Source of the DNA: Candidatus Omnitrophota bacterium
GTDB taxonomy: Bacteria > Omnitrophota > Omnitrophia > Omnitrophales > Aquincolibacteriaceae
Assembly (NCBI GenBank): GCA_043803685.1
Contig: JAZDJU010000101.1
Location: forward strand, 1 to 17,029
Direction: 5' to 3'
DNA length: 17,029 nt
Shown: positions 7,240-15,100 of the stretch, piece after piece
Layout: the number at the start of each line of letters is the position of its first letter
Position numbering within the stretch: the first letter of the stretch is position 1
Notes under the pieces: generated by a model
What the model saw: the letters and a program-made list of their open reading frames with translations, nothing else
What the model was told of the DNA's origin: nothing
Databases searched by the model: none
Translations under genes and position numbers: made by a program

Positions 7240-8142
7240 ATGCCGAGCCCCAACATCGCCGCAAAGCTCAGAGTGTGGATCTCCATACCGGAACATCGAT
7301 TTCAGTCTGCCGTCTGGCTTCTCGTAGGCCTCCTTTATTACCCCGTATTCAAGGCTCTCTACAGCTCCCGCTGGGACGATATCGATTATTCGCATGCGTA
7401 CTTCATCCTGCCTGTAGCACTATTTATGGCGTGGCGCGCACTGAATAGCGCGCGAGAAGGCGGAAGGCGTACCGCGGAAGGCGTAACAACTGGTTCTGCG
7501 CTGTACCCCGTACTCCGTACTCCGTACGCAGTTCTTTTCATCTTCGGCCTTCTGACCTTCATCTTCGGCTGGCGGCAGGATTACACGGCCGTCTCGACCT
7601 TCTCGCTTATTCCCGTGCTCTATGGTCTGATCGGCTGGCTTTACGGCCCGCAAGTGGTCCGCGTCCTCTGGTTCCCGGTCGCCTATCTCCTGCTCCTGGT
7701 GCCGCCGCCCCTGGGCATCCTCGACAGCGTCACGCTCCCGATGCGCTACGGCGTCTCGATCGTGACCGAGCAGCTAGTGGGCCTGCTAGGCTACCCGATC
7801 ACACGGGACGGCCTCCTGCTTCAGATCGGCGGACATGACGTATTCCTGGGCGAAGCCTGCAGCGGCTTCCGGTCCCTGATCACGCTTTCGTCTCTGGGCC
7901 TGGCTTATATTTTTATCTCGAAATGCGGTCCGGGCCGCAAACTCGCCATGACCGCCGCGATCGTCCCCTTGTCCCTCCTGGGAAATCTCATACGCGTCAT
8001 CGGCGTCGTGATCGTGACCTATTACTGGGGCGAAAGTCTGGGCCAGAAATTTTTCCACGACGCGAGCGGCTTTGTGATGTTCGTCGTCATGCTCGCGGGC
8101 TTACTCGCCATAGAAAACGTGGTGAAGCAAAAGGATGCTTGA
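7240..8142 (+). CDS. xrt: Exosortase (EpsH family transpeptidase); start 7240 or 7231
   Basis: Multi-TM protein with YSHAYFILP, catalytic Cys in EACSGFRSL, Arg in NLIRV and His in FFHD; adjacent to PEP-CTERM genes and EpsI. Confidence 0.96.
   Translation: MPSPNIAAKLRVWISIPEHRFQSAVWLLVGLLYYPVFKALYSSRWDDIDYSHAYFILPVALFMAWRALNSAREGGRRTAEGVTTGSALYPVLRTPYAVLFIFGLLTFIFGWRQDYTAVSTFSLIPVLYGLIGWLYGPQVVRVLWFPVAYLLLLVPPPLGILDSVTLPMRYGVSIVTEQLVGLLGYPITRDGLLLQIGGHDVFLGEACSGFRSLITLSSLGLAYIFISKCGPGRKLAMTAAIVPLSLLGNLIRVIGVVIVTYYWGESLGQKFFHDASGFVMFVVMLAGLLAIENVVKQKDA
7453..7529 (+). repeat. Heptamer-periodic repeat tract in frame inside the exosortase gene
   Basis: GCGGAAGGCGTA twice at 14-nt period (7460, 7474), then TGTACCC-CGTACTC-CGTACTC-CGTACGC; a related CCGTACT tract lies at ~7194-7214. 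Confidence 0.7.
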
Positions 8143-8183
8143 TACATGACACTTGATACTCATTTTGGACACATGACACCTGA
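8140..8183 (+). repeat. Heptamer tandem repeats between xrt and epsI
   Basis: TGATACA-TGACACT-TGATACT...GGACACA-TGACACC-TGA. Confidence 0.7.
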
Positions 8184-8192
8184 AACTATTCC

Positions 8193-8846
8193 ATGGGCTT
8201 TAATATGAACAAAAGTTATCGGTACTTATTAATCCTGGCGTGCCTGGTAGTCACCCTCGCGCTCTCCTACGCCCTCCCCCGGACCCAATACAAAAGCCCG
8301 GACTTCCTCAGCAAGCTGACGATCCCGGCGGAGATGAGTTCCTGGCGCAGCCGCGACGTCTCGGGCGCGTTCCAGGCCGGCGACAAACGCTATTTTTTCA
8401 TCAATAAGATCTTCGCCCGGCAGTACGCGAACGATCTGGGGGAGACCCTTTTATTTCTGGTCCTGGACGCGGGGAATTTCCATCATCCGAAAGTTTGCTT
8501 TGGCAGTTCGGGTTACACCGTAAAACCGCTGGAAGATATCACCCTGGAAGCCGCCGGACACCCGTTCAAGGCCCACGTCCTCCACATGGAGAAAGGCCGC
8601 GAGAGCGTGCTGGTGATCTACTGGATGACGATCGATAAACATCCGGTCGGCTGGATCGGGCAGAAATTCATACAGTTCTTCTATTCCATGGCCCACAAAC
8701 AGAAGATCGGCCTCATGGGCCGCCTCGAGGTCCCTGTCCCCACCGGGGATGTCCAGAACGCGCTCGGCCTCGCCCAGCACTTCATCCGCCAGATCAGCCC
8801 CGGCCTCCCCGCCGACCAGGCAGATTATTTGTTCGGGAAGAAATAA
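8193..8846 (+). CDS. epsI: Exosortase-associated EpsI family protein (start 8193 or 8205)
   Basis: N-terminal TM anchor, IPAEMSSWRSRD, R-Y motif, HHPKVCFGSSGY (EpsI H-P-x-C motif), VIYW; directly downstream of exosortase. Confidence 0.9.
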   Translation: MGFNMNKSYRYLLILACLVVTLALSYALPRTQYKSPDFLSKLTIPAEMSSWRSRDVSGAFQAGDKRYFFINKIFARQYANDLGETLLFLVLDAGNFHHPKVCFGSSGYTVKPLEDITLEAAGHPFKAHVLHMEKGRESVLVIYWMTIDKHPVGWIGQKFIQFFYSMAHKQKIGLMGRLEVPVPTGDVQNALGLAQHFIRQISPGLPADQADYLFGKK

Positions 8847-8865
8847 ACCGGCGGGCATACGCTCA

Positions 8866-8900
8866 TAGGGACGGTTCTCTCGAAGAGAACCGTCCCTGTT
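8866..8900. repeat. REP-like palindrome, copy 1 (may also act as terminator between convergent genes)
   Basis: AGGGACGGTTCTCT-CGA-AGAGAACCGTCCCT, perfect 14-bp stem; second copy at 10622-10656. Confidence 0.85.
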
Positions 8901-8921
8901 AATTCCAGATCGTTTAAAAAC

Positions 8922-9221
8922 CTACGGATGCGGAGTGATCGCGAGGACCGTGATCTGCCTTTTATCGGGACCATAACACCAAAAAACCCTGTACGCTCCC
9001 GGCGTATTATTTTGCGCGTAAGCCTCAAAGACCTTTTCATGGGGACTGAAGGGATGGGGTATCGACTCATAAACATGCGTCTTCAAGGAAGGATGCTTCG
9101 GGTTGACTTGAAGATAGCCCAGACTTTTTTTGATCTGCTTGACGAGGCCGGCTTGGGCCGGATGTCTTTCCAGACCGCGGAGCGTTTCTTTTGCGGTCAC
9201 GGTGAATTGGATCTCAAACAT
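8922..9221 (-). CDS. Putative RelE/ParE-superfamily toxin
   Basis: 99 aa; MFEIQFT...L..NPKHPSLKTH...VFEAY...AYRVFWCYGP...ITVLAITPHP fits the RelE-fold pattern; start overlaps the upstream stop (TAATG). Confidence 0.75.
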   Translation of the reverse strand: MFEIQFTVTAKETLRGLERHPAQAGLVKQIKKSLGYLQVNPKHPSLKTHVYESIPHPFSPHEKVFEAYAQNNTPGAYRVFWCYGPDKRQITVLAITPHP

Positions 9222-9526
9222 TATCGGAGATCGTCGTTGTATTTCGAGTAATCTTCACCGGCCGCTTCCAGACGACCCTTTTTCGCGTCCGCCACTCCCT
9301 TTTGGACGAGCCGCGCGGCTTCCTTATTTCTGAACAACCATAGCTCCGAAGCCGGGATCGAGACCTGAGGATCCAGAATGATCTGCCCGCAGGTGTTCCT
9401 GTAGACCTTGTAACTCGACATACGGGGAGATCCTGTACGGCCGAGAGTAATGCGGTTCTTGGAGTCCATCCACACTTCGGAGACCTCTACGAAAGCATCG
9501 TCTTTGACTATGTCTTTTTTTGTCAT
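9221..9526 (-). CDS. Putative antitoxin, AbrB/MazE-like N-terminus
   Basis: AGGAGG RBS 8 nt before ATG 9526; MDSKNRITLG...GQIILDP swapped-hairpin pattern; C-terminal ELWLF..KGVADAKKGR helix; translationally coupled to the toxin. Confidence 0.75.
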   Translation of the reverse strand: MTKKDIVKDDAFVEVSEVWMDSKNRITLGRTGSPRMSSYKVYRNTCGQIILDPQVSIPASELWLFRNKEAARLVQKGVADAKKGRLEAAGEDYSKYNDDLR

Positions 9527-9549
9527 GGTCACCCCCTCCTCACAAGAGA

Positions 9550-9603
9550 ACTATACTCGATGGTGGGAAATTAGACAAGTGGGAATACGACTATTTCCCA
9601 CCA
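9550..9603 (-). promoter_or_regulatory. Sigma70 promoter with overlapping operator repeats for the AbrB/RelE-like pair
   Basis: Minus strand TTGTCT(9578-9573)-17nt-TATAGT(9555-9550); 11-bp inverted repeat TGGTGGGAAAT (9561-9571)/ATTTCCCACCA (9593-9603) plus a third GTGGGAA at 9579-9585. Confidence 0.7.
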
Positions 9604-9759
9604 ACGCCTAGACGATCATCTGCTTGGAAAGAGCTAGAAGATCAGGGAACGCTTAACGGGGAACGAACGATCTACTTCTTCAAATACCGGTCCGCGTCCC
9701 CATGGTTTCCCACAGAGAAGAAACGAACCCCGCCGGAGACCGGAAATGAAAAATTTTGT

Positions 9760-10137
9760 TCACTTCGGACCCACAAGCTTATCAAGGTGACGAAGCGCCG
9801 TTTTGCGGCCCTTGACGCGCGTCACGGGCTCCCCAGCGCTCTTGCCGGGCAGGGTGATGACGCGGACGCGGATCGCGAGACCGAGGAGACCGAGAATTTT
9901 TTCGAGCGCAAAAAGGTTCGAGAACTCCCCGCTCTCTATCTTGGAAACATGCTGCTGGGTCACCCCTGCTTTTTGGGCAAGATCCGCCTGGGTCCATCCG
10001 TACTGGATCCTGGCCGCGATCATGCGCTTCACGACCTGGAATTTCTGGGCCTCCAATTCGTAAAGCTCCGCGAAATGAGGATCCTTTAATTCCTCCCTCA
10101 AATGATCATCCACTTTTTTCATGCCCATGATCGTCAT
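9760..10137 (-). CDS. XRE-family HTH antitoxin (HigA-like)
   Basis: ELKDPHFAELYE...ARIQYGWTQADLAQKAGVTQQHVSKIESG; directly downstream of a RelE-type toxin. Confidence 0.92.
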   Translation of the reverse strand: MTIMGMKKVDDHLREELKDPHFAELYELEAQKFQVVKRMIAARIQYGWTQADLAQKAGVTQQHVSKIESGEFSNLFALEKILGLLGLAIRVRVITLPGKSAGEPVTRVKGRKTALRHLDKLVGPK

Positions 10138-10142
10138 TCTCC

Positions 10143-10490
10143 TTAACGTCCCGCCAGGAACATCCGCCGCCGCTCGACCGCCATCCGTTTCTCGTCCGGC
10201 GGCGTGCGGTCCGTTTTCTTCAGGAACCCGTTCGTGAAGATCGCGCCGTTGCCCGCGAAAAAGAAGTACAGGACCCGGGCCGCGCCTTCCCGCACATGGA
10301 ATCTCAATTCAAAAATGTCGTCCCCCAAATACTTCGCATGCGGCTGAGGAAGCCTTCGTCCGAATGACTCCAAAAGTCCCTTCACAAAAAAGAACTTTTG
10401 CCGGGACTTCATGTCCAAAGAATCCACGAACTCTTTGGCAGGTAACCGCCCGGACGCCGTTTCAAAGTAGTAACACGTGATCCCGCTCAT
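10143..10490 (-). CDS. RelE/ParE family toxin (Gp49-like/HigB-type, toxin-first order)
   Basis: YYFETASGRLPAKEF...G..LPQPHAKYLGDDIFELR...RVLYFF....IFTNGFLKKTDRTPPDE. Confidence 0.92.
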   Translation of the reverse strand: MSGITCYYFETASGRLPAKEFVDSLDMKSRQKFFFVKGLLESFGRRLPQPHAKYLGDDIFELRFHVREGAARVLYFFFAGNGAIFTNGFLKKTDRTPPDEKRMAVERRRMFLAGR

Positions 10491-10494
10491 AAGG

Positions 10495-10523
10495 ATAATA
10501 CAACCAGATAGTTGTTTTTACAA
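10495..10523 (-). promoter_or_regulatory. Sigma70 promoter with palindromic operator for the HigBA-like pair; probably leaderless
   Basis: TTGTAA-17nt-TATTAT-CCTT-ATG; palindrome ACAAC-N6-GTTGT (10500-10515) lies between the boxes. Confidence 0.72.
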
Positions 10524-10621
10524 GTTTTCTTCATGCGCAGAGACTATCAGGATATTGACTATAACGCAATATTAAATTGATTTACACGGATATGTGGAAT
10601 CGTACGCTAAGAGCCTACCGC

Positions 10622-10656
10622 TAGGGACAGTTCTCCCGAAGAGAACCGTCCATGTT
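10622..10656. repeat. REP-like palindrome, copy 2
   Basis: 32/35 nt identical to 8866-8900, same orientation. Confidence 0.85.
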
Positions 10657-10707
10657 CGAACAACGAGAGACGCTATGCAAATGTCCGCTTGAGAGAAATT
10701 CTTTCTT

Positions 10708-10860
10708 TGTCATGCCGGACTTGATCCGGCATCCAGGCTTTAAGGAAATGATGGATTCCGCACTGAACGACCCGTAAAAATTTATGGGAAGTTTAGTGCA
10801 GCACTAGCTTTCAATATAATCTTTTACGGTAGCCAGTGCGGCTCGGAGGCCGGAATGACA
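10708..10860. mobile_element. TGTCAT...ATGACA palindromic repeat element with a nested 78-bp insert (10761-10838), copy 1
   Basis: TGTCATGCCGGACTTGATCCGGCATCCA...TGGATTCCG[CACTG...CAGTG]CGGCTCGGAGGCCGGAATGACA. Confidence 0.78.
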
Positions 10861-10883
10861 CACGACCGAACCTTTCAGTCGCT

Positions 10884-10980
10884 AGTCGTTCGTTGAGGGT
10901 AATTCGTGGATCGTGGCACATGGTACGTGGCCCGCTCTTCGTGGCCCGTGGCTCGTGGTGCGTGTCCCGCTTTTCGTGCG
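10884..10980 (+). repeat. Degenerate heptamer tandem array, (T/C)CGTGG-type
   Basis: TTCGTGG-ATCGTGG-CACATGG-TACGTGG...TTCGTGG-CCCGTGG-CTCGTGG-TGCGTGT; a shorter tract occurs at 11908-11937. Confidence 0.8.
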
Positions 10981-10981
10981 G

Positions 10982-11536
10982 CTACGCGATACTTTTCCGG
11001 ATGATGTCCAGCAGAGCCTCGATCTCAAAGGGCTTCATCACGAATTTCCGGACCCCGATCGCCGCGGCTTCCGCCTTGGCATTGCTATCCTCGTAGGCGG
11101 TCATGATGATCTCCGGCCAGCTTTCTTTCCCGGAATCCTTGCGGGCCTGGCGGATCGCCTTCAAAGTCTCCAGACCGTCCATCCCCGGCATCCGCATATC
11201 GGTCAGCGTCAGGTCAAAGTCTTTCTCGCGCGCCATCGCGACCGCCGCCGGACCGTCCGGCACCACCGTCACCGAATAACCGGCGCGTTTCAGGAATATC
11301 TTGAGGGACTCGCGCACCAGGATATCGTCATCAATCGCGAGGATCCGTTTGCGTTTTCCCGGAAGCTCATCATGCCCGAAATTCGCCAGACGCTCGATCT
11401 CCGCGGCATGAAAACGGTGAAGCCCGCCGATCTGCACGCTCTTGAGGATGCCTTCCTGGATCCAGGAATAGACCGTGCGGCGCGCGACATTGAGCCGGCG
11501 CATGACATCGTTGACCTTTAAAAGCGACTCCTCCAT
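10982..11536 (-). CDS. Response regulator with N-terminal excisionase-type HTH and C-terminal receiver domain
   Basis: AAGGAG RBS; LLKVNDVMRRLNVARRTVYSWIQEGILKSVQIGGLHRF (HTH_17); REC residues ILAIDDD, LTDMRMPGMDG (phospho-Asp), MTAY, KPF. Confidence 0.93.
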   Translation of the reverse strand: MEESLLKVNDVMRRLNVARRTVYSWIQEGILKSVQIGGLHRFHAAEIERLANFGHDELPGKRKRILAIDDDILVRESLKIFLKRAGYSVTVVPDGPAAVAMAREKDFDLTLTDMRMPGMDGLETLKAIRQARKDSGKESWPEIIMTAYEDSNAKAEAAAIGVRKFVMKPFEIEALLDIIRKSIA

Positions 11537-11743
11537 CGCGATCTCCTTGAGTTAATAGCTCACAGAGCCTGGCGGACAACGCCGTTCCATTAGAATAGAT
11601 CGCGGATACTTTAATGCAAGCCCGAGAAAATTGCATTTTATTTTTTTATTAATGATTTTTTTTACAAGGAAGGAACTTCAGCACTCGGCGTCAAACCTGA
11701 AACACAACGAGTCCCTGCAACCACTCGATAACATAAGTTATTG

Positions 11744-11901
11744 TGTCATCCCCGAACGTATTAATCGGGGATCCATGCTACCCCCTGTAAGACTGGATCC
11801 CGCACTGAACGCCCCGTAAAAATTTATAGGAAGTTTAGTGCTGCACTCGCTTTCAATAAAGGACTTAATGAGAGCCAGTGCGGGTCAAGCCCGGGATGAC
11901 A
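11744..11901. mobile_element. TGTCAT...ATGACA palindromic repeat element with a nested 78-bp insert (11803-11880), copy 2
   Basis: TGTCATCCCCGA...TCGGGGATCCA...TGGATCCCG[CACTG...CAGTG]CGGGTCAAGCCCGGGATGACA; insert 65/78 identical to copy 1. Confidence 0.78.
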
Positions 11902-11937
11902 AGCAAGATCGTGGCCCGCAATTCGTGGTTCGTGGCA

Positions 11938-12073
11938 TTCCCCCTCTTTCGAAAAGAGGGGCAAGGGGAGATTTACAAATCCCCCTCTCCCTCTGGGAGA
12001 GGGCAGGGTGAGGGATTATCATTCATGAATCATTTCCCCTCATCCTACCCTTCTCCCCATAGGGGAGAAGGGA
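11938..12073. repeat. Cluster of C-rich/G-rich REP-like palindromes
   Basis: CCCCTCTTT-CGA-AAAGAGGGG-CAAGGGGAGATTT, then the inverted pair CCCTCTCCC-TCT-GGGAGAGGG-CAGGGTGAGGG / CCCTCATCCTA-CCCTTCTCCCC-ATA-GGGGAGAAGGG. Confidence 0.8.
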
Positions 12074-12129
12074 TTATTGTTAATTGACGACACGCCCTGG
12101 TAACGATAAGCCAGGAGCGACCGGCTCTG

Positions 12130-15100
12130 CTACGCGGAGATCTGGATCTGCCGGGCGTTCGCGATGGCCTTGAGGAAGCTGACGACACGGTTGAGACCCT
12201 GCGCCGTAAAGGAAATTTCCGTAATGCCGGGCCGGCCCGGAAGATCATCGCGGATGAGAAGATTTTCTCTCAAACGTTCGTCAATGTCCGCCGCCTTCGT
12301 ATGACCCCCGATCCGGATCGCGTAACGCAAGTAGGCGTCATAGACCGCCGCCGGATCGACGCCGCCTTCCCCGCGGAACAAAAACTGTTGGGAGATTTGG
12401 CGGATCATACCCTGCGGCATTTCAAATACCTGAGGCGCCGCCAGCGCGAGCGAATGCCGCGCCATATTCCGGAGAGCGGTCCCGCTCCGGCCGAAGGCGT
12501 TCGCGGCAGCTTTTTGCACGGATCCGTGAACCTTCTTGCGCGCCTGAGGCGAAAGCTTTTGCCCCGTATCAAAAAGGCCCGCCATAAACCCGACAGGATC
12601 TTTGACCCCATCCAGCACCGCGACGCGGCCGTCACTCTGGGACTCGATCTTTGAAAACAGAGCGGCGGGCATTTTCTCGGACGTCACAAAGATCACGGCC
12701 TTCCCCGGGAACGAACGGGCTTCCCTGACCGCCGTCTCAAAAAGATCCTCTTGCTCGCTGACACTCAGCCCGTCGGCGATCGGAATAAAGATCGTCGCGT
12801 GCGTGGTCTTCTCCGTTGCCGCGGGTGTGGCGAGCAGGCTTTCCGCGAGATGTAGGACTTCCTGCCGTGACAGAGAAGTTTCCTTCATCACCGAGGCGAT
12901 CACATGTTCCTGGAGCTCCAGACTTTTCGCTTCAAACCTTTCCGGGAAAACGCCCCGAAGCACCCTATCATAGCTGAGCCTCGCCATCACCTGAGCGAGC
13001 CGGGGCATACGCGCAAGCTGTGCATCGATCGCCCTCAAGCGCCCGAGGATCAGACTCTCAAGATCGAGAAGCAACCCCGGCTTCAGGGTCCGCTCCGCGG
13101 CGACGGCGACCGGAATGCTCGACATCACCCGTCCCGCGATCACGGGATCGTTCCTGTGAAGATCCGCCGCAGAACGGGACGTGACTCCCGGCCTATCGAA
13201 GCGTTCCGTTCGAGTTCGCATTTCCGAACGCACCGGCACACGCTGATACAGCGAAAAGTTATCGAATGTTTGAGAGGCGCTTCCGGAATAGACCCCCACC
13301 CAACCGCCCATGAACGTCGCGTCCTCCGCTTGCAGGACCTGCGCCCCGTTAAAGAAGAGCTCCAACTGCGCGCTCGACCTTTTCAACAGGATCTCGCGGG
13401 TGACGCCGTCGGGGATCGCCGGAGCCGCGGCTTCCGCCAGCACCGTGCTCACTCCGTTCTGCACCTTAATGATCCGGTACTTCGCATCCACGCGTGAATA
13501 CTGCCCGTAATAATAATTCCCGATGTCCTGATAATCCACGATCAACCCGCGGTCCATGTCCTCCGCCGCGCTGTCCAGGAACTGGAATTCCGCCATGATG
13601 TCGTAATTCAAGGACTCCAGGGGTTTTTGAAGGATCGCGAGATCCGCTCCCGTGTTCGAGACTTCATGAACGAAGGTCTGTGTATCGACCTCCAGCGTGC
13701 CGTCCGCCGCCTGCCAATTGGCTTCAAGGTCACTCGCGAGGCCAGCCTCGGTAAAGGTGACGACCCACGTCGGCAGATCATAGCGGACCGGATACTGTAG
13801 GACCGACAGAGACCCCGAAGCGTCCGGCTCCGTGATGTTCAGGAGGTTGTCCCCCAATTCGAGCGTCACATCCCTCGCCTTCTCCGTCCCATCCAGCGTG
13901 GTATACCTCAGCGCGTAATCCGCCGTCTCAGAAACCGTGGGCGAAGTCACCGCAAGGACAGGCGCCAGGCTGTTCCGGATGACCGAACCCTCGAACGGAA
14001 AACTTTCGACTCCGTATGAGTCCCGGGCCGTGAACGAGAAGGGATTCTCACCCTCGACCGGCAAGTGAAAGAGCGCGGCCCAAGTGGTGGAGCCATCCGG
14101 GGAGATAAACTCCTGGCCATTATTCCAGATCGCGCTGTACGCCGGCTTGGTCCCCGAAAGCTCGATGAAATTCTGACTCGTAAGAAAAGGAGCTTGCGCC
14201 ACGACAGGCGCCGCGAGGGGCCACTGGACCAGCGAAAAATCATCGATCGCGTGGGAGGCGCTTCCGGAATAGACCCCCACCCAGCCGCCGCTGAAGGTCG
14301 CGTCCTCGACCTGCAGTGCGAGAGCCTTGTCAAAATAAAGGTCCATATGAAACCCCGTCTTCACGATCTTGATCTCCCGGAACACCCCGTCCGGTATCTC
14401 CGGCGCTTCAACCTCCGCCAGCACCGTGCGCACTCCGTTCCGCACCAAAAGGATCCGGTATTTTCCGCTCGCCCGGGAATACTGCCCGTAATAATAATTC
14501 TCGCTGTCCTGAAGATCCGCGATCACACCGCGATCGGCGTCCGCAGCCTTGCCTGTGAACTCAAAAGCTGCTTTGACTTCGTAAGTCGCCGCGACGAGAG
14601 GCTCGGTCAACACGATCAGCGCCGTCGCGCTTCCCCCCGCGTCATGGAAGAGCGTTTGCACAGAAGTGCTGAAACTCCCGGTCATGACCTGCCAATAATT
14701 TCCCGGCCCGGTCGTGCGGTTGAAACTATCCGTAAAGGTCAGCGCCCGCCCGGAAGGATCGTACCTGTATAAAACATCCAAAGCCGGCGTCTCCGGGATC
14801 GCCGTCGTATTCGTTTGAGTCGCGGGAGCAGACCCGGCCGCCGAAAGCGCAGCGTCCGGCGTCACGCCAGAGGATCCCGTCGGACTTGTGGGCGGGGGCG
14901 TTTGTAATGTGGTCGATGTCTGAACCGGCGCACTCTCATGCCCCTCGGTATCTCGAGCCGTGATCGACAACCCATTCACGCCCTCGGTCAATGGATACGC
15001 AGGCACGGACCAAGTCATCAGAGCGTTTAACGGTACGACCTGAACCCCATTGATCCAGACCGATGTGTTAGAAGACTTTGTCCCAGAAAGCGGGATGGAA

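Noticed and set aside
9520..10089. 189-aa plus-strand ORF
   Set aside because: Overlaps the TA promoter and is antisense to the XRE antitoxin; no motif support.
10761..10838. Integron attC site (AAC...GTT hairpin)
   Set aside because: The ends do not fit RYYYAAC/GTTRRRY and no integron integrase is present.
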